In this document: positions 20,457-30,344 of the stretch, in pieces
Layout of the letters: the number at the start of each line of letters is the position of its first letter
Position numbering within the stretch: position 1 is the stretch's first letter
DNA from: Escherichia phage vB_EcoM-G157lw
Sequence record: OK331996.1
Reading direction: 5' to 3' (one strand)
DNA: 64,000 bases
Notes under the pieces: generated by a model
What the model was told of the DNA's origin: nothing
Database searches by the model: none
Seen by the model: only the letters and a program-made list of their open reading frames with translations
Program-made: the position numbers and the translations under genes

Positions 20457-20937
20457 TTTTAAAAACTCGCTGGTATGATTTAGATGATGGGGATGATGGC
20501 ATTTCAGTTGATAGAGTTGACTGGAATGGTTGTTCCGAAGATATGAAAAATTTGTTGATTAGGGAGTTTAGAATGGGATATCAAGCAGCTAAGCCATCTA
20601 TTATAACAGATGATAAATTCGTGTGTATTCATAATGGTCGCGCTAAGTTAACGAACGCTGATTGGTTCACAGATAAAATTATGATTCTGTGGTATATTAT
20701 TAGTCTTCCTGTGACATCATTCGTATTTTACTTTTTTATAAAAAATCCAATGGACAGAATAGGAGATTGGATTCTTTTAACCATACTTGTTAATATTTTT
20801 ACTGCAGCAATATTATCTGGGATATGGTGCGTGTTCATTGAAATGCCATGGCGGCTACGCAGACAGCAAAAGATTTTTGATGAAAAGAAATACACTCAAA
20901 ATTTAAATAACTTTATCACTGAATGCAGGAAATTAAA

Positions 20938-20941
<4 letters not shown>
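20453..20941 (+). CDS. small membrane protein, paralog family member C
   Basis: 162 aa, TM helices, C-terminus NFITECRKLK; ATGA overlap with previous gene. Confidence 0.6.
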
Positions 20942-21910
<969 letters not shown>

Positions 21911-21914
21911 AGTT

Positions 21915-21944
21915 GTTTACTTTCTCCTAGAATTGTGATAGTAT
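21915..21944 (+). promoter_or_regulatory. early promoter (GTTTAC / TAGTAT) with TGCTTGA MotA-box-like motif downstream
   Basis: motif match only. Confidence 0.4.
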
Positions 21945-21998
21945 ATTCACAGTTGCTTGAAGAGACAAATTACTAATTAAAATATTTAAAGGAAACCC

Positions 21999-22472
21999 AT
22001 GAAAACATATCAAGAATTTATCACTGAAGCAGCTATTAATTCTCAAATTATTGCTGAATCTTTTACTGATCTTTTGAAATTTAAAAAAGGTCAAAAAATT
22101 ACTGCTGTATTGGATGATGGTACAGAAGTTGAGATGGATGTACAGGGATATAATTATGCAGTAGATGGAAAATTGTATAATAAATCTCATGCTAAATTTG
22201 ATTCATTTGACGACTTTGTTAATGCAGTTGAAGATGAAAAAACTCGTCGATCCATTGCAACTGGTGATGCTAAGGTTCTTATGGCACATGGTCATGAACG
22301 CATTCGCGCTAAACAGAATAAAATGGGTGAAGATAATTTTGCATTAGTTGGTTATCAATCTGGTAAACAAACCTATGGTTATCAGCGTACTGCTACCATG
22401 TATAATAAAAATGGTAAAATTGCCTTTGTGAATAGTAAAGGTTCTATTCAGTACGTTAAATCGTTCAAATAA
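21999..22472 (+). CDS. internal head protein (IPIII/IPII position) with capsid targeting sequence
   Basis: 157 aa, N-terminus MKTYQEFITEA; immediately after e. Confidence 0.7.
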   Translation: MKTYQEFITEAAINSQIIAESFTDLLKFKKGQKITAVLDDGTEVEMDVQGYNYAVDGKLYNKSHAKFDSFDDFVNAVEDEKTRRSIATGDAKVLMAHGHERIRAKQNKMGEDNFALVGYQSGKQTYGYQRTATMYNKNGKIAFVNSKGSIQYVKSFK

Positions 22473-22612
22473 TATGGGAACAACCTGGACCTCATGATTC
22501 TATGAGGGATTCCCGCCAACCTGTAATAAGGTCGAGTCCAGGTGCGGTAATGGGTAAATACAGAAATGGACAATTCATGCGCCATGGAATGGCCCAAACT
22601 TAGAGAGAAGAA

Positions 22613-23152
22613 ATGAGAACATTTTTAACTGGTCCTTATCTATCCCTGATGAATGCTTTTACACACCATTCTGATGCTAGAGTAGAAGAAATTTGTAAAA
22701 ACGAATATATCCCGCCATTTGAAGAATTACTTAAACAGTACTGCACACTTCGACTAGACGGTGGACGTCAATCTGGTAAATCAATTGCTGTGACTAACTT
22801 TGCTGCTAATTGGCTGTATGATGGCGGAACAGTTATTGTTCTTTCTAATACTTCAGCTTACGCTAAAATTTCTGCAAATAACATTAAAAAGGAATTTTCG
22901 CGTTATTCTAATGATGATATACGTTTTCGTTTATTTACTGATTCTGTGCGCAGTTTTATTGGTAATAAAGGAAGCAAGTTCAGAGGTTTATCGCTTTCGC
23001 GAATTTTGTATATAATTGATGAGCCTGTCAAATCTCCTGATATGGATAAGATTTATAGTGTCCATATTGACACTGTACACTACTGCTGTAATAGTAAATG
23101 TTGCATTGGTGGTATTACTCGTCCTCAATTTTTTGTGATTGGAATGCAATGA
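22613..23152 (+). CDS. small P-loop NTPase, hypothetical
   Basis: 179 aa; Walker A GGRQSGKS, Walker B-like LYIIDE. Confidence 0.55.
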   Translation: MRTFLTGPYLSLMNAFTHHSDARVEEICKNEYIPPFEELLKQYCTLRLDGGRQSGKSIAVTNFAANWLYDGGTVIVLSNTSAYAKISANNIKKEFSRYSNDDIRFRLFTDSVRSFIGNKGSKFRGLSLSRILYIIDEPVKSPDMDKIYSVHIDTVHYCCNSKCCIGGITRPQFFVIGMQ

Positions 23153-23478
23153 TGACAGACACTCAGCTTTTCGAATATCTTTATTTTTCGCCAAAAACTA
23201 TTAAAAATAAATTGGTGAATCATTTTGAAATTTTGGCAAAAAATAACATTTTAAGCGAATTTTATCCTAAGCAATACAAATTACAAAAAGGCGTATTCAA
23301 AGGATGCAGAGTTTTATGTACTGCTCCTAATGCACGGCTAATGAATAAAATTCCATATTTTACCATGGAATTTATTGATGGGCCTTTTAAAGGACTAATC
23401 ACACAGAGTTTAATGGCATATGATTCTGAGCCATTTTTAATTAAAGAACAATCTTGGATAAATTTATTTTCTAATTGA
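23149..23478 (+). CDS. hypothetical protein
   Basis: ATG 23149 overlaps upstream stop (ATGATGA); 109 aa. Confidence 0.5.
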   Translation: MMTDTQLFEYLYFSPKTIKNKLVNHFEILAKNNILSEFYPKQYKLQKGVFKGCRVLCTAPNARLMNKIPYFTMEFIDGPFKGLITQSLMAYDSEPFLIKEQSWINLFSN

Positions 23479-23485
23479 GGTTTAT

Positions 23486-23848
23486 ATGAAAGCATATCAA
23501 ATTCTTGAAGGCACACATAAAGGTACTATTTATTTTGAAGATGGTATTCAAGCACGAATTATTGTCTCCAAAACCTTTAAAGAGGACTCTTTTGTAGACC
23601 CAGAAATTTTCTACGGTTTGCATGCCCGTGAAATTGAAATTGAGCAACAGCCTACAGTTAAAATTGAAGGTGGTCAACACCTGAACGTTAACGTTCTGCG
23701 TCGCGAAACTCTGGAAGATGCAGTTAAGCATCCGGAAAAATATCCGCAGCTGACCATCCGTGTATCCGGTTATGCAGTTCGCTTTAACTCTCTGACTCCG
23801 GAACAGCAGCGCGACGTTATCGCTCGTACCTTTACCGAGAGTTTGTAA
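23486..23848 (+). CDS. autonomous glycyl radical cofactor (GrcA/YfiD-like)
   Basis: 120 aa; C-terminal [57 protein letters not shown] glycyl radical motif. Confidence 0.85.
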   Translation: MKAYQILEGTHKGTIYFEDGIQARIIVSKTFKEDSFVDPEIFYGLHAREIEIEQQPTVKIEGGQHLNVNVLRRETLEDAVKHPEKYPQLTIRVSGYAVRFNSLTPEQQRDVIARTFTESL

Positions 23849-24069
23849 TGGCAAAGATAATTATTGAAGGTTCTAAAGATGTGCTAAATGCTTTCGCAGA
23901 ATGGTTTAGTAATTCAGGCGAACAGCAATTTAATGAAGCGTGGAACATGGGTGATATTAATGGAATTTATCCTACGACAGAAATTTCTGTTCAAGGATAT
24001 GGCATTCATGAACCTATTCGTTTAGTTGAATATGATTTATGTACTGGTGAGGAAGTCAAATATGATTGA
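23848..24069 (+). CDS. hypothetical protein
   Basis: 73 aa, ATGA junction. Confidence 0.5.
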   Translation: MAKIIIEGSKDVLNAFAEWFSNSGEQQFNEAWNMGDINGIYPTTEISVQGYGIHEPIRLVEYDLCTGEEVKYD

Positions 24070-24328
24070 AGACATTAAAGGTTATAAGCCGCATACTGAA
24101 GAGAAAATCGGTAAAGTGAATGCTATTAAAGACGCTGAAGTTCGTTTAGGACTTATCTTTGACGCTTTATACGATGAATTCTGGGAAGCACTAGATAATT
24201 GTGAAGATGATGAACTCGCGAAGAATTATGCTGAAAGCCTCGATCAGTTAACTATTGCTAAAACGAAACTCAAAGAAGCCAGTATGTGGGCTTGTCGTGC
24301 AGTGTTCAAACCAGAGGAAAAATACTAA
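24062..24328 (+). CDS. hypothetical small acidic protein
   Basis: ATG 24062 after GGTGAGGAAG; 88 aa. Confidence 0.5.
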   Translation: MIEDIKGYKPHTEEKIGKVNAIKDAEVRLGLIFDALYDEFWEALDNCEDDELAKNYAESLDQLTIAKTKLKEASMWACRAVFKPEEKY

Positions 24329-24606
24329 TGGCGCAATTAAGTGCAGGGTTTGGTTATGAGTATTATACTGCACCTCGTCGTGTATCTGCCGCTTCTAAGA
24401 AAATTCAAAGTCTTGATGACTTCCAGGAAGTAGTCCGTAAAGCTTTTCAGGACTATGCACGTTATCTTAAAGAAGATTCACAGGACTGTCTCGAAGAAGA
24501 TGAAATTGCTTACTATGAGCAGCGTCTTGAACAGCTTAAAAACTTACATGAGGTTCGTGCAGAAGTTTCAAAGTCTATGAATAAATTGATTAGATTTAAA
24601 GAATAA
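24328..24606 (+). CDS. hypothetical small protein
   Basis: ATG 24328 (TAATG overlap); 92 aa. Confidence 0.5.
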   Translation: MAQLSAGFGYEYYTAPRRVSAASKKIQSLDDFQEVVRKAFQDYARYLKEDSQDCLEEDEIAYYEQRLEQLKNLHEVRAEVSKSMNKLIRFKE

Positions 24607-24608
24607 CT

Positions 24609-24646
24609 GTTTACTTTTCCTCTTGACTGTGGTATAATTTTTCTAT
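24609..24646 (+). promoter_or_regulatory. early promoter GTTTAC ... TGGTATAAT
   Basis: consensus-like -35 and extended -10, 20 nt before regB RBS. Confidence 0.6.
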
Positions 24647-24665
24647 CAGTTAAGAGGAGAATAAC

Positions 24666-25127
24666 ATGACTATCAATACAGAAGTTTTTATCCGTCGAAA
24701 TAAGCTTCGTCGTCACTTTGAGTCGGAGTTTCGTCAAATTAACAATGAGATTCGTGAGGCATCAAAAGCAGCAGGGGTCTCATCGTTTCATCTAAAATAT
24801 TCTCAGCATCTTCTTGATCGTGCAATTCAACGGGAGATTGATGAGACATATGTTTTTGAATTATTCCATAAAATAAAAGATCATGTTTTAGAAGTTAATG
24901 AATTCCTGAGTATGCCTCCGCGTCCTGACATTGACGAGGATTTTATTGATGGGGTTGAATATCGTCCTGGACGTTTAGAAATCACAGATGGAAATCTTTG
25001 GCTTGGATTTACAGTTTGTAAGCCTAATGAGAAGTTCAAAAACCCGTCACTTCAATGCAGGATGGCAATTATCAACAGTCGTCGTTTACCAGGAAAGGCT
25101 TCTAAAGCAGTAATTAAAACTCAATGA
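24666..25127 (+). CDS. regB: RegB-like sequence-specific endoribonuclease
   Basis: 153 aa MTINTEVFIRRNKLRRHFESEF...; size and position of T4 regB. Confidence 0.65.
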   Translation: MTINTEVFIRRNKLRRHFESEFRQINNEIREASKAAGVSSFHLKYSQHLLDRAIQREIDETYVFELFHKIKDHVLEVNEFLSMPPRPDIDEDFIDGVEYRPGRLEITDGNLWLGFTVCKPNEKFKNPSLQCRMAIINSRRLPGKASKAVIKTQ

Positions 25128-25134
25128 GGTAAAC

Positions 25135-25680
25135 ATGAGAAAAGCACTACTCGCTGGTCTATTGGCCATTTCAATGATGGCACATAGCTCCGAGCATACT
25201 TTCAGTAATGTCCAACTCGATAACATGCGTTACGCGTATCAATTCGGGGAACAATTTTCTAAGGATGGAAAATATAAAACACACAAAAATATCCACAAGA
25301 GCGGATTAGGTCATATAATGGCTGCTATTTTATGGCAAGAAAGCTCTGGCGGAGTTAATTTAAAATCTAAACCAAAGCATCACGCCTATGGAATGTTCCA
25401 AAATTATTTGCCTACTATGCGAGCAAGAGTTAAGGAACTTGGTTATAATATGACCGATGCTGAAATAAAAAGAATGTTGAATAAACGGTCCAATTCAGCT
25501 TCCTGGGCGTACATTGAACTTTCTTATTGGTTAAATATACATAAGGGCGATATAAGAAAAGCAATATCCTCTTATAATTCGGGATGGAATGTTAAAGCAG
25601 GTTCTAAATATGCTTCTGAAGTCCTAGAAAAGGCTAATTACCTTAAAAATAATAAACTTTTGGAAATAGTAAATGACTAA
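25135..25680 (+). CDS. secreted lytic-transglycosylase-like (SLT domain) protein
   Basis: signal peptide MRKALLAGLLAISMMAHS; motif WQESSGG ... YGMFQ. Confidence 0.55.
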   Translation: MRKALLAGLLAISMMAHSSEHTFSNVQLDNMRYAYQFGEQFSKDGKYKTHKNIHKSGLGHIMAAILWQESSGGVNLKSKPKHHAYGMFQNYLPTMRARVKELGYNMTDAEIKRMLNKRSNSASWAYIELSYWLNIHKGDIRKAISSYNSGWNVKAGSKYASEVLEKANYLKNNKLLEIVND

Positions 25681-26014
25681 AATTTTGGTTTTATGTATAG
25701 GATTAATTTCATTTTCTGCGTTAGCAGATACATCATATACTGAAATTAGAGAGTATGTAAACCGTACTGCAGCGGATTATTGCGGGAAAAATAAAGCATG
25801 CCAAGCTGAATTTGCGCAGAAATTAATATATGCATATAAAGACGGAGAAAGAGATAAATCAAGCAGATACAAAAATGATACATTGTTAAAACGATATGCT
25901 AAAAAGTGGAATACCTTAGAATGTTCAGTTGCGGAGGAGAAAGATAAAGCCGCTTGTCATTCAATGGTTGACCGTTTGGTAGATTCTTATAATCGAGGAT
26001 TGAGTACTAGATGA
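25673..26014 (+). CDS. secreted hypothetical protein
   Basis: 113 aa; signal peptide MTKILVLCIGLISFSALA; several Cys. Confidence 0.55.
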   Translation: MTKILVLCIGLISFSALADTSYTEIREYVNRTAADYCGKNKACQAEFAQKLIYAYKDGERDKSSRYKNDTLLKRYAKKWNTLECSVAEEKDKAACHSMVDRLVDSYNRGLSTR

Positions 26015-26490
26015 TTGTAAAATATATCAAGGGCGATATTGTCGCCCTATTTCTTCAAGGTAATATTATTGCGCACGGGTGCAATTGTTTTCATACTATG
26101 GGTTCAGGTGTAGCGGGTCAATTAGCAAGAGCCTATCCCAAAATTTTAGAAATAGATAAAACCACTACTGAGTACGGTTCTCGTGATAAATTAGGCGATA
26201 TGTCTATTATTTTTAAACATAAACCTAATGGTTTTGGCATATGTTATAACTTGTATACGCAATACGAACCAGGTCCTAATCTTGATTATGGTGCTTTAGT
26301 AAACTGCATGATAGAATTAAATCTACAGGCAGAAACCCTTTTGTTTAAACCAGTAATTTACATTCCACGCATAGGTTGTGGTATTGCTGGCGGCGATTGG
26401 GATAAGGTTTCTAAATTAATCGACATGTTTACTCCTGATATTGATTTAATAGTGGTGGATTATGAAAGTACATTACCCACATCCGTTTGA
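26011..26490 (+). CDS. macro-domain-like protein (candidate ADP-ribose binding/hydrolase)
   Basis: 159 aa; KGDIV..IAHGCNCFHTMGSGVAGQLA resembles macro-domain N-x(6)-GGGV motif. Confidence 0.5.
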   Translation: MIVKYIKGDIVALFLQGNIIAHGCNCFHTMGSGVAGQLARAYPKILEIDKTTTEYGSRDKLGDMSIIFKHKPNGFGICYNLYTQYEPGPNLDYGALVNCMIELNLQAETLLFKPVIYIPRIGCGIAGGDWDKVSKLIDMFTPDIDLIVVDYESTLPTSV

Positions 26491-26674
26491 TCCTAAAAAC
26501 AAAGTGGAAATTATTCGTCAATGGGAACGCATTTGCCGTACTAAATGTCCAATTAATAGTCCACATGATGTAGATAAAGACTACATTGGAACATTCGTTG
26601 AATATACCTTTATTGATAAGAAAGGTCGTAAACAACATGTAGAAGAATATTGCTTAAAGGTTACATGGTTATGA
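26462..26674 (+). CDS. hypothetical protein
   Basis: 70 aa ORF, overlaps upstream gene end. Confidence 0.4.
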   Translation: MKVHYPHPFDPKNKVEIIRQWERICRTKCPINSPHDVDKDYIGTFVEYTFIDKKGRKQHVEEYCLKVTWL

Positions 26675-26877
26675 GCCAAACTAGTATTCTTAAAAATGCC
26701 CACTGTGAAAAGTGTAAGTGGCCTGTTGTTTTTGCTTTATGTAATGATGAAATGGCTTGTGATTTCGATTATTGGTGCTATTGTTCTAATAAAGGATGCA
26801 TCAATCATAAAGGTGAAGGATTTTATTCGGGATTTTATCCTTATCCTGATTTCGTTAAAGAAGGTAAACCAAAATGA
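26671..26877 (+). CDS. Cys-rich small protein (putative zinc binding)
   Basis: ATG 26671 ATGA-coupled; 68 aa with about 9 Cys incl CEKCKW. Confidence 0.5.
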   Translation: MSQTSILKNAHCEKCKWPVVFALCNDEMACDFDYWCYCSNKGCINHKGEGFYSGFYPYPDFVKEGKPK

Positions 26878-27050
26878 ATGATGATTTAAAATATCAATTA
26901 TTACGTGAACTTGATGTTTTGATTGAACTTTCTGCACAAAAAGGATTTATAATTGGATCGGGTCAAAAAGACCCCAACGGTCATTCAATCGTAGCGGTTA
27001 TGAATCAGAAACGAGTCATTTTAAAACTTTTGGGGATTGACATACTGTGA
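26874..27050 (+). CDS. hypothetical small protein
   Basis: 58 aa, ATGA-coupled; not in ORF track (under 60 aa). Confidence 0.4.
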   Translation: MNDDLKYQLLRELDVLIELSAQKGFIIGSGQKDPNGHSIVAVMNQKRVILKLLGIDIL

Positions 27051-27232
27051 GCCTAAGCAAAGAACAAAAAGATAAATTGTTTGAGCTTATCCATGAACTT
27101 CTAGATGAGCATGCAGAAGCAAACACCTTTTATGATGAATACGGCCCGCTATCTCCCGAACAGCAGGAAGAATTTGCTGATCGGTTTGATAAGAAAGAAA
27201 ATGAATTAATAGCTTATGTGAATACGCTTTAA
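27047..27232 (+). CDS. hypothetical acidic small protein (GTG start)
   Basis: 61 aa; GTGA overlap with previous stop. Confidence 0.4.
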   Translation: MSLSKEQKDKLFELIHELLDEHAEANTFYDEYGPLSPEQQEEFADRFDKKENELIAYVNTL

Positions 27233-27241
27233 GAAGGTGAT

Positions 27242-27823
27242 ATGGCGAGTTTAATTTTTACTTATGCAGCAATGAATGCTGGAAAATCTGCTTCTCTTTT
27301 GACTGCTGCACATAATTATAAAGAACGTGGAATGAGTGTATTAGTTCTTAAGCCTGCTATTGATACTCGCGATTCTGTCTGTGAAGTTGTTTCTCGCATT
27401 GGAATTAAACAGGAAGCGAATATTATTACAGATGATATGGATATTTTCGAGTTCTATAAATGGGCTGAAGCACAAAAAGATATTCATTGCGTATTTGTAG
27501 ATGAAGCTCAGTTTTTAAAAACTGAACAGGTGCACCAATTAAGCCGAATTGTTGATACATATAATGTTCCTGTTATGGCTTATGGATTAAGGACTGATTT
27601 CGCTGGAAAATTGTTTGAAGGTTCTAAAGAACTTTTAGCGATTGCAGATAAACTTATTGAACTAAAGGCAGTTTGTCATTGCGGCAAAAAAGCGATTATG
27701 ACAGCTCGATTAATGGAAGATGGAACACCAGTTAAAGAAGGTAATCAAATCTGTATTGGTGATGAAATTTATGTTTCTTTGTGCAGAAAACATTGGAATG
27801 AATTAACTAAAAAGCTTGGTTAG
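27242..27823 (+). CDS. tk: thymidine kinase
   Basis: 193 aa, P-loop AMNAGKS, MASLIFTYAAM... matches T4 tk. Confidence 0.9.
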   Translation: MASLIFTYAAMNAGKSASLLTAAHNYKERGMSVLVLKPAIDTRDSVCEVVSRIGIKQEANIITDDMDIFEFYKWAEAQKDIHCVFVDEAQFLKTEQVHQLSRIVDTYNVPVMAYGLRTDFAGKLFEGSKELLAIADKLIELKAVCHCGKKAIMTARLMEDGTPVKEGNQICIGDEIYVSLCRKHWNELTKKLG

Positions 27824-27865
27824 TGCAAAAGTTATAAATAGGTTTATCTAACTAAAGGGGTATAT

Positions 27866-28078
27866 ATGCTACAATTAACTGAAAAGCAACTTCGCAATCT
27901 TACTGTGCTTCAATTAGATGAAATTCGTAGGGAAGTTGGAAATATCATTTCAGCTTTGCGTCGAGAAGTATCACTCAACCAATCTCCGGCAGACTATACT
28001 AGATTGCGAAATTTTGAAAAATACCTTGATAAAGTTAAGGCCGTGCATCGGCATAAAGTAAATACAGGACAAAAATGA
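27866..28078 (+). CDS. hypothetical protein (rI.1 position)
   Basis: 70 aa, RBS AAGGGG. Confidence 0.55.
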
Positions 28079-28090
28079 TAGGAGGCCTTT

Positions 28091-28384
28091 ATGGCCTTAA
28101 AAGCAACGGCACTATTTGCCATGCTAGGATTGTCATTTGTTTTATCTCCATCGATTGAAGCGAATGTCGATCCTCATTTTGATAAATTTATGGAATCTGG
28201 TATTAGGCACGTTTATATGCTTTTTGAAAATAAAAGCGTAGAATCGTCTGAACAATTCTATAGTTTTATGAGAACGACCTATAAAAATGACCCGTGCTCT
28301 TCTGATTTTGAATGTATAGAACGAGGCGCGGAGATGGCACAATCATACGCTAGAATTATGAACATTAAATTGGAGACTGAATGA
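28091..28384 (+). CDS. rI: lysis inhibition regulator RI (antiholin)
   Basis: 97 aa with N-terminal signal-anchor MALKATALFAMLGLSFVLSPSIEA; adjacent to tk as in T4. Confidence 0.8.
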   Translation: MALKATALFAMLGLSFVLSPSIEANVDPHFDKFMESGIRHVYMLFENKSVESSEQFYSFMRTTYKNDPCSSDFECIERGAEMAQSYARIMNIKLETE

Positions 28385-28767
28385 AATTCAGCGACTTTTC
28401 ACAAAGTGGAAAACCTTCAAAGGCAGATGAATACTTAGGTTTATTAATGGCTGCACAAGCTTATTTTCATTCTGCACATTTTGAAACTAAAAGTTATGCT
28501 AGACACAAAGCATACGATTTTATTTTCTCCGAGTTGCCAGATTTGATTGATAAATTTGGTGAGCAATATTTGGGGTATTCTGGTAGAAAATACACACCTT
28601 CAATTCCAGATGCCAGTAAACTTCCTACCGACACAATTAAAATGATTGATCACATACTAGACCAATCTAACAGCATTTATAAAGAAATGCCTCCAGCCAT
28701 TCAAAGCACGATAGATGATATTACTGGAATGTTTTACCAGAGCAAATATCTTCTTTCCCTCGAATAA
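28381..28767 (+). CDS. hypothetical protein
   Basis: 128 aa, ATGA-coupled to rI. Confidence 0.55.
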   Translation: MKFSDFSQSGKPSKADEYLGLLMAAQAYFHSAHFETKSYARHKAYDFIFSELPDLIDKFGEQYLGYSGRKYTPSIPDASKLPTDTIKMIDHILDQSNSIYKEMPPAIQSTIDDITGMFYQSKYLLSLE

Positions 28768-28771
28768 CATT

Positions 28772-28795
28772 AGTCTCCTTCGGGAGACTTTTTCA
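28772..28795 (+). terminator. intrinsic terminator, UUCG loop
   Basis: AGTCTCC ttcg GGAGACT then TTTTT. Confidence 0.7.
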
Positions 28796-28803
28796 TTTTA
28801 CCA

Positions 28804-28833
28804 GTTTACTTTCAATTTGAGCTGTGATACTAT
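28804..28833 (+). promoter_or_regulatory. early promoter (GTTTAC / GATACTAT), PeSL-like
   Basis: follows terminator hairpin; shares TATACAAC leader start. Confidence 0.5.
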
Positions 28834-28861
28834 ACAACCATCGGATAAAGAGGAGAACATC

Positions 28862-29050
28862 ATGAAAATTGAAGCACTCAATCAAGAAGGAAATATCTAC
28901 GTCATCATTAATGGTGATTTTTTCGTCGACATGGATGAAGTTACTAGTGAAGAACTTGTAGAACTTCTTAAGAAACGTTATGATATGTGTGATGAAGCTG
29001 CAACTCATATGGCGTGTGCAATATTCTCTCTTTCATATGTGGTGGAATAA
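28862..29050 (+). CDS. hypothetical small acidic protein
   Basis: ATG 28862 after AAAGAGGAG; 62 aa. Confidence 0.5.
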   Translation: MKIEALNQEGNIYVIINGDFFVDMDEVTSEELVELLKKRYDMCDEAATHMACAIFSLSYVVE

Positions 29051-29253
29051 TGACTAGAATTGAACAAGCAGATAAAATTAAAGAATTGGTAGCTTTAATT
29101 CGCAAAGCAGATGAGGAACTTAGTGACTTTGCTTGGTTTTCGGCAGGCATTGCAAATAAAGGTATTGAAAAATTTGAAGCTAAAGTTGATAATGCTGTAG
29201 AAGCTTTAGATATGTTTCTTGATGAAATTATCGATCATAATACGAGAGTTTAA
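29050..29253 (+). CDS. hypothetical small protein
   Basis: ATG 29050 within GGTGGAATAATGA junction; 67 aa. Confidence 0.5.
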   Translation: MTRIEQADKIKELVALIRKADEELSDFAWFSAGIANKGIEKFEAKVDNAVEALDMFLDEIIDHNTRV

Positions 29254-29255
29254 GT

Positions 29256-29450
29256 ATGCTAACACGTGAACAGTTTGAAAAAATTATTAAATTAGCACGT
29301 GATGTTGAAATAGATTCATATCAATTAGCAGTTGAGCACTGTGAAGGATACTCATACGATGGTATAGAAGCAGCTAAAAAGGATTTGGATAAATCCAAAG
29401 CTAAGTTAGTTCAATATCTTGAAATGATTAGGTGGAATAATGAAAACTGA
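29256..29450 (+). CDS. hypothetical small protein
   Basis: 64 aa ORF. Confidence 0.5.
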   Translation: MLTREQFEKIIKLARDVEIDSYQLAVEHCEGYSYDGIEAAKKDLDKSKAKLVQYLEMIRWNNEN

Positions 29451-29613
29451 AAAGCAGATGTTTTTAATGAAGCTAATTGAAGAATATGCTAATGCAGTTT
29501 CTGACTATGAGTATTCTGCTAGGGAAAGAGGTACAGCTTTCGCAAAGGAAGAAATGAAAATCATGGTTGATGCTCACACAAAGCTTCAGAATTTTATTGA
29601 AAACGTCATTTAA
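29440..29613 (+). CDS. hypothetical small protein
   Basis: 57 aa after second GGTGGAATAATGA junction; not in ORF track. Confidence 0.4.
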   Translation: MKTEKQMFLMKLIEEYANAVSDYEYSARERGTAFAKEEMKIMVDAHTKLQNFIENVI

Positions 29614-29615
29614 TG

Positions 29616-29645
29616 GTTTACAAGTTGGCAAGGTTATGATATAGT
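29616..29645 (+). promoter_or_regulatory. early promoter (GTTTAC / TATGATAT)
   Basis: motif match. Confidence 0.4.
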
Positions 29646-29780
29646 AATCTTGTCAACTGCCAAGGAGAAGAGAATGAAAGTTTTGTTTGTTGTGTATGTG
29701 ATGATTCAATATAATTATCCAATGTTTACTTATAATCTGGTGAACAACATTATTGATATTATTCAAAGGAGTATGTAATT

Positions 29781-30338
29781 GTGGGTGAGTCGAAGAGAAT
29801 CAATATGAAACGATTAGTATTAGAAGTTAGTCCGCTTTTTGGTGAATTAGCTATAGAAAAAGTAAATAATATGTATCGTTTGACACAAGAAGACGATATG
29901 CTATATTTTACGCCTAGTGAAATCATTCATTTAACCCAAATTGAATATCCTTATACTGATAAAATAGTAAGCATCAATGATGAGCACAAAATTCATTTTT
30001 ATTCTTCATGCCCAGGATTTAATATTAAAAGTGAGTCAATGTGTTTATCAGTTATCCATTGGGATAGTTTTATAGATAAGATTAAATATTTTTATTATTC
30101 TAATGAAAGAAAACATAGTTTAAAATGGCTCAAAAATTGCAATGCTATTATTACTAACGCTTGCAATCAGAATGATGAAACTGTTTTAAACGTATCAAAA
30201 TGCTATGAAGATGGTGATGTCTTAACTATTCGTCAAATTGATGATTTTCGATCGTATATTGTCACATTTACCAAAGACGAAGCTATTGCGCTAAAGACTT
30301 ATCTCGATTCTGTCATTCCAACTATGATTTCAAAGTGA
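29781..30338 (+). CDS. hypothetical protein, paralog pair member 1
   Basis: 185 aa; GTG start after AAGGAG (alt ATG 29805); C-terminus DEAIALKTYLDSVIPTM. Confidence 0.55.
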   Translation: MGESKRINMKRLVLEVSPLFGELAIEKVNNMYRLTQEDDMLYFTPSEIIHLTQIEYPYTDKIVSINDEHKIHFYSSCPGFNIKSESMCLSVIHWDSFIDKIKYFYYSNERKHSLKWLKNCNAIITNACNQNDETVLNVSKCYEDGDVLTIRQIDDFRSYIVTFTKDEAIALKTYLDSVIPTMISK

Positions 30339-30344
30339 GGAAAT

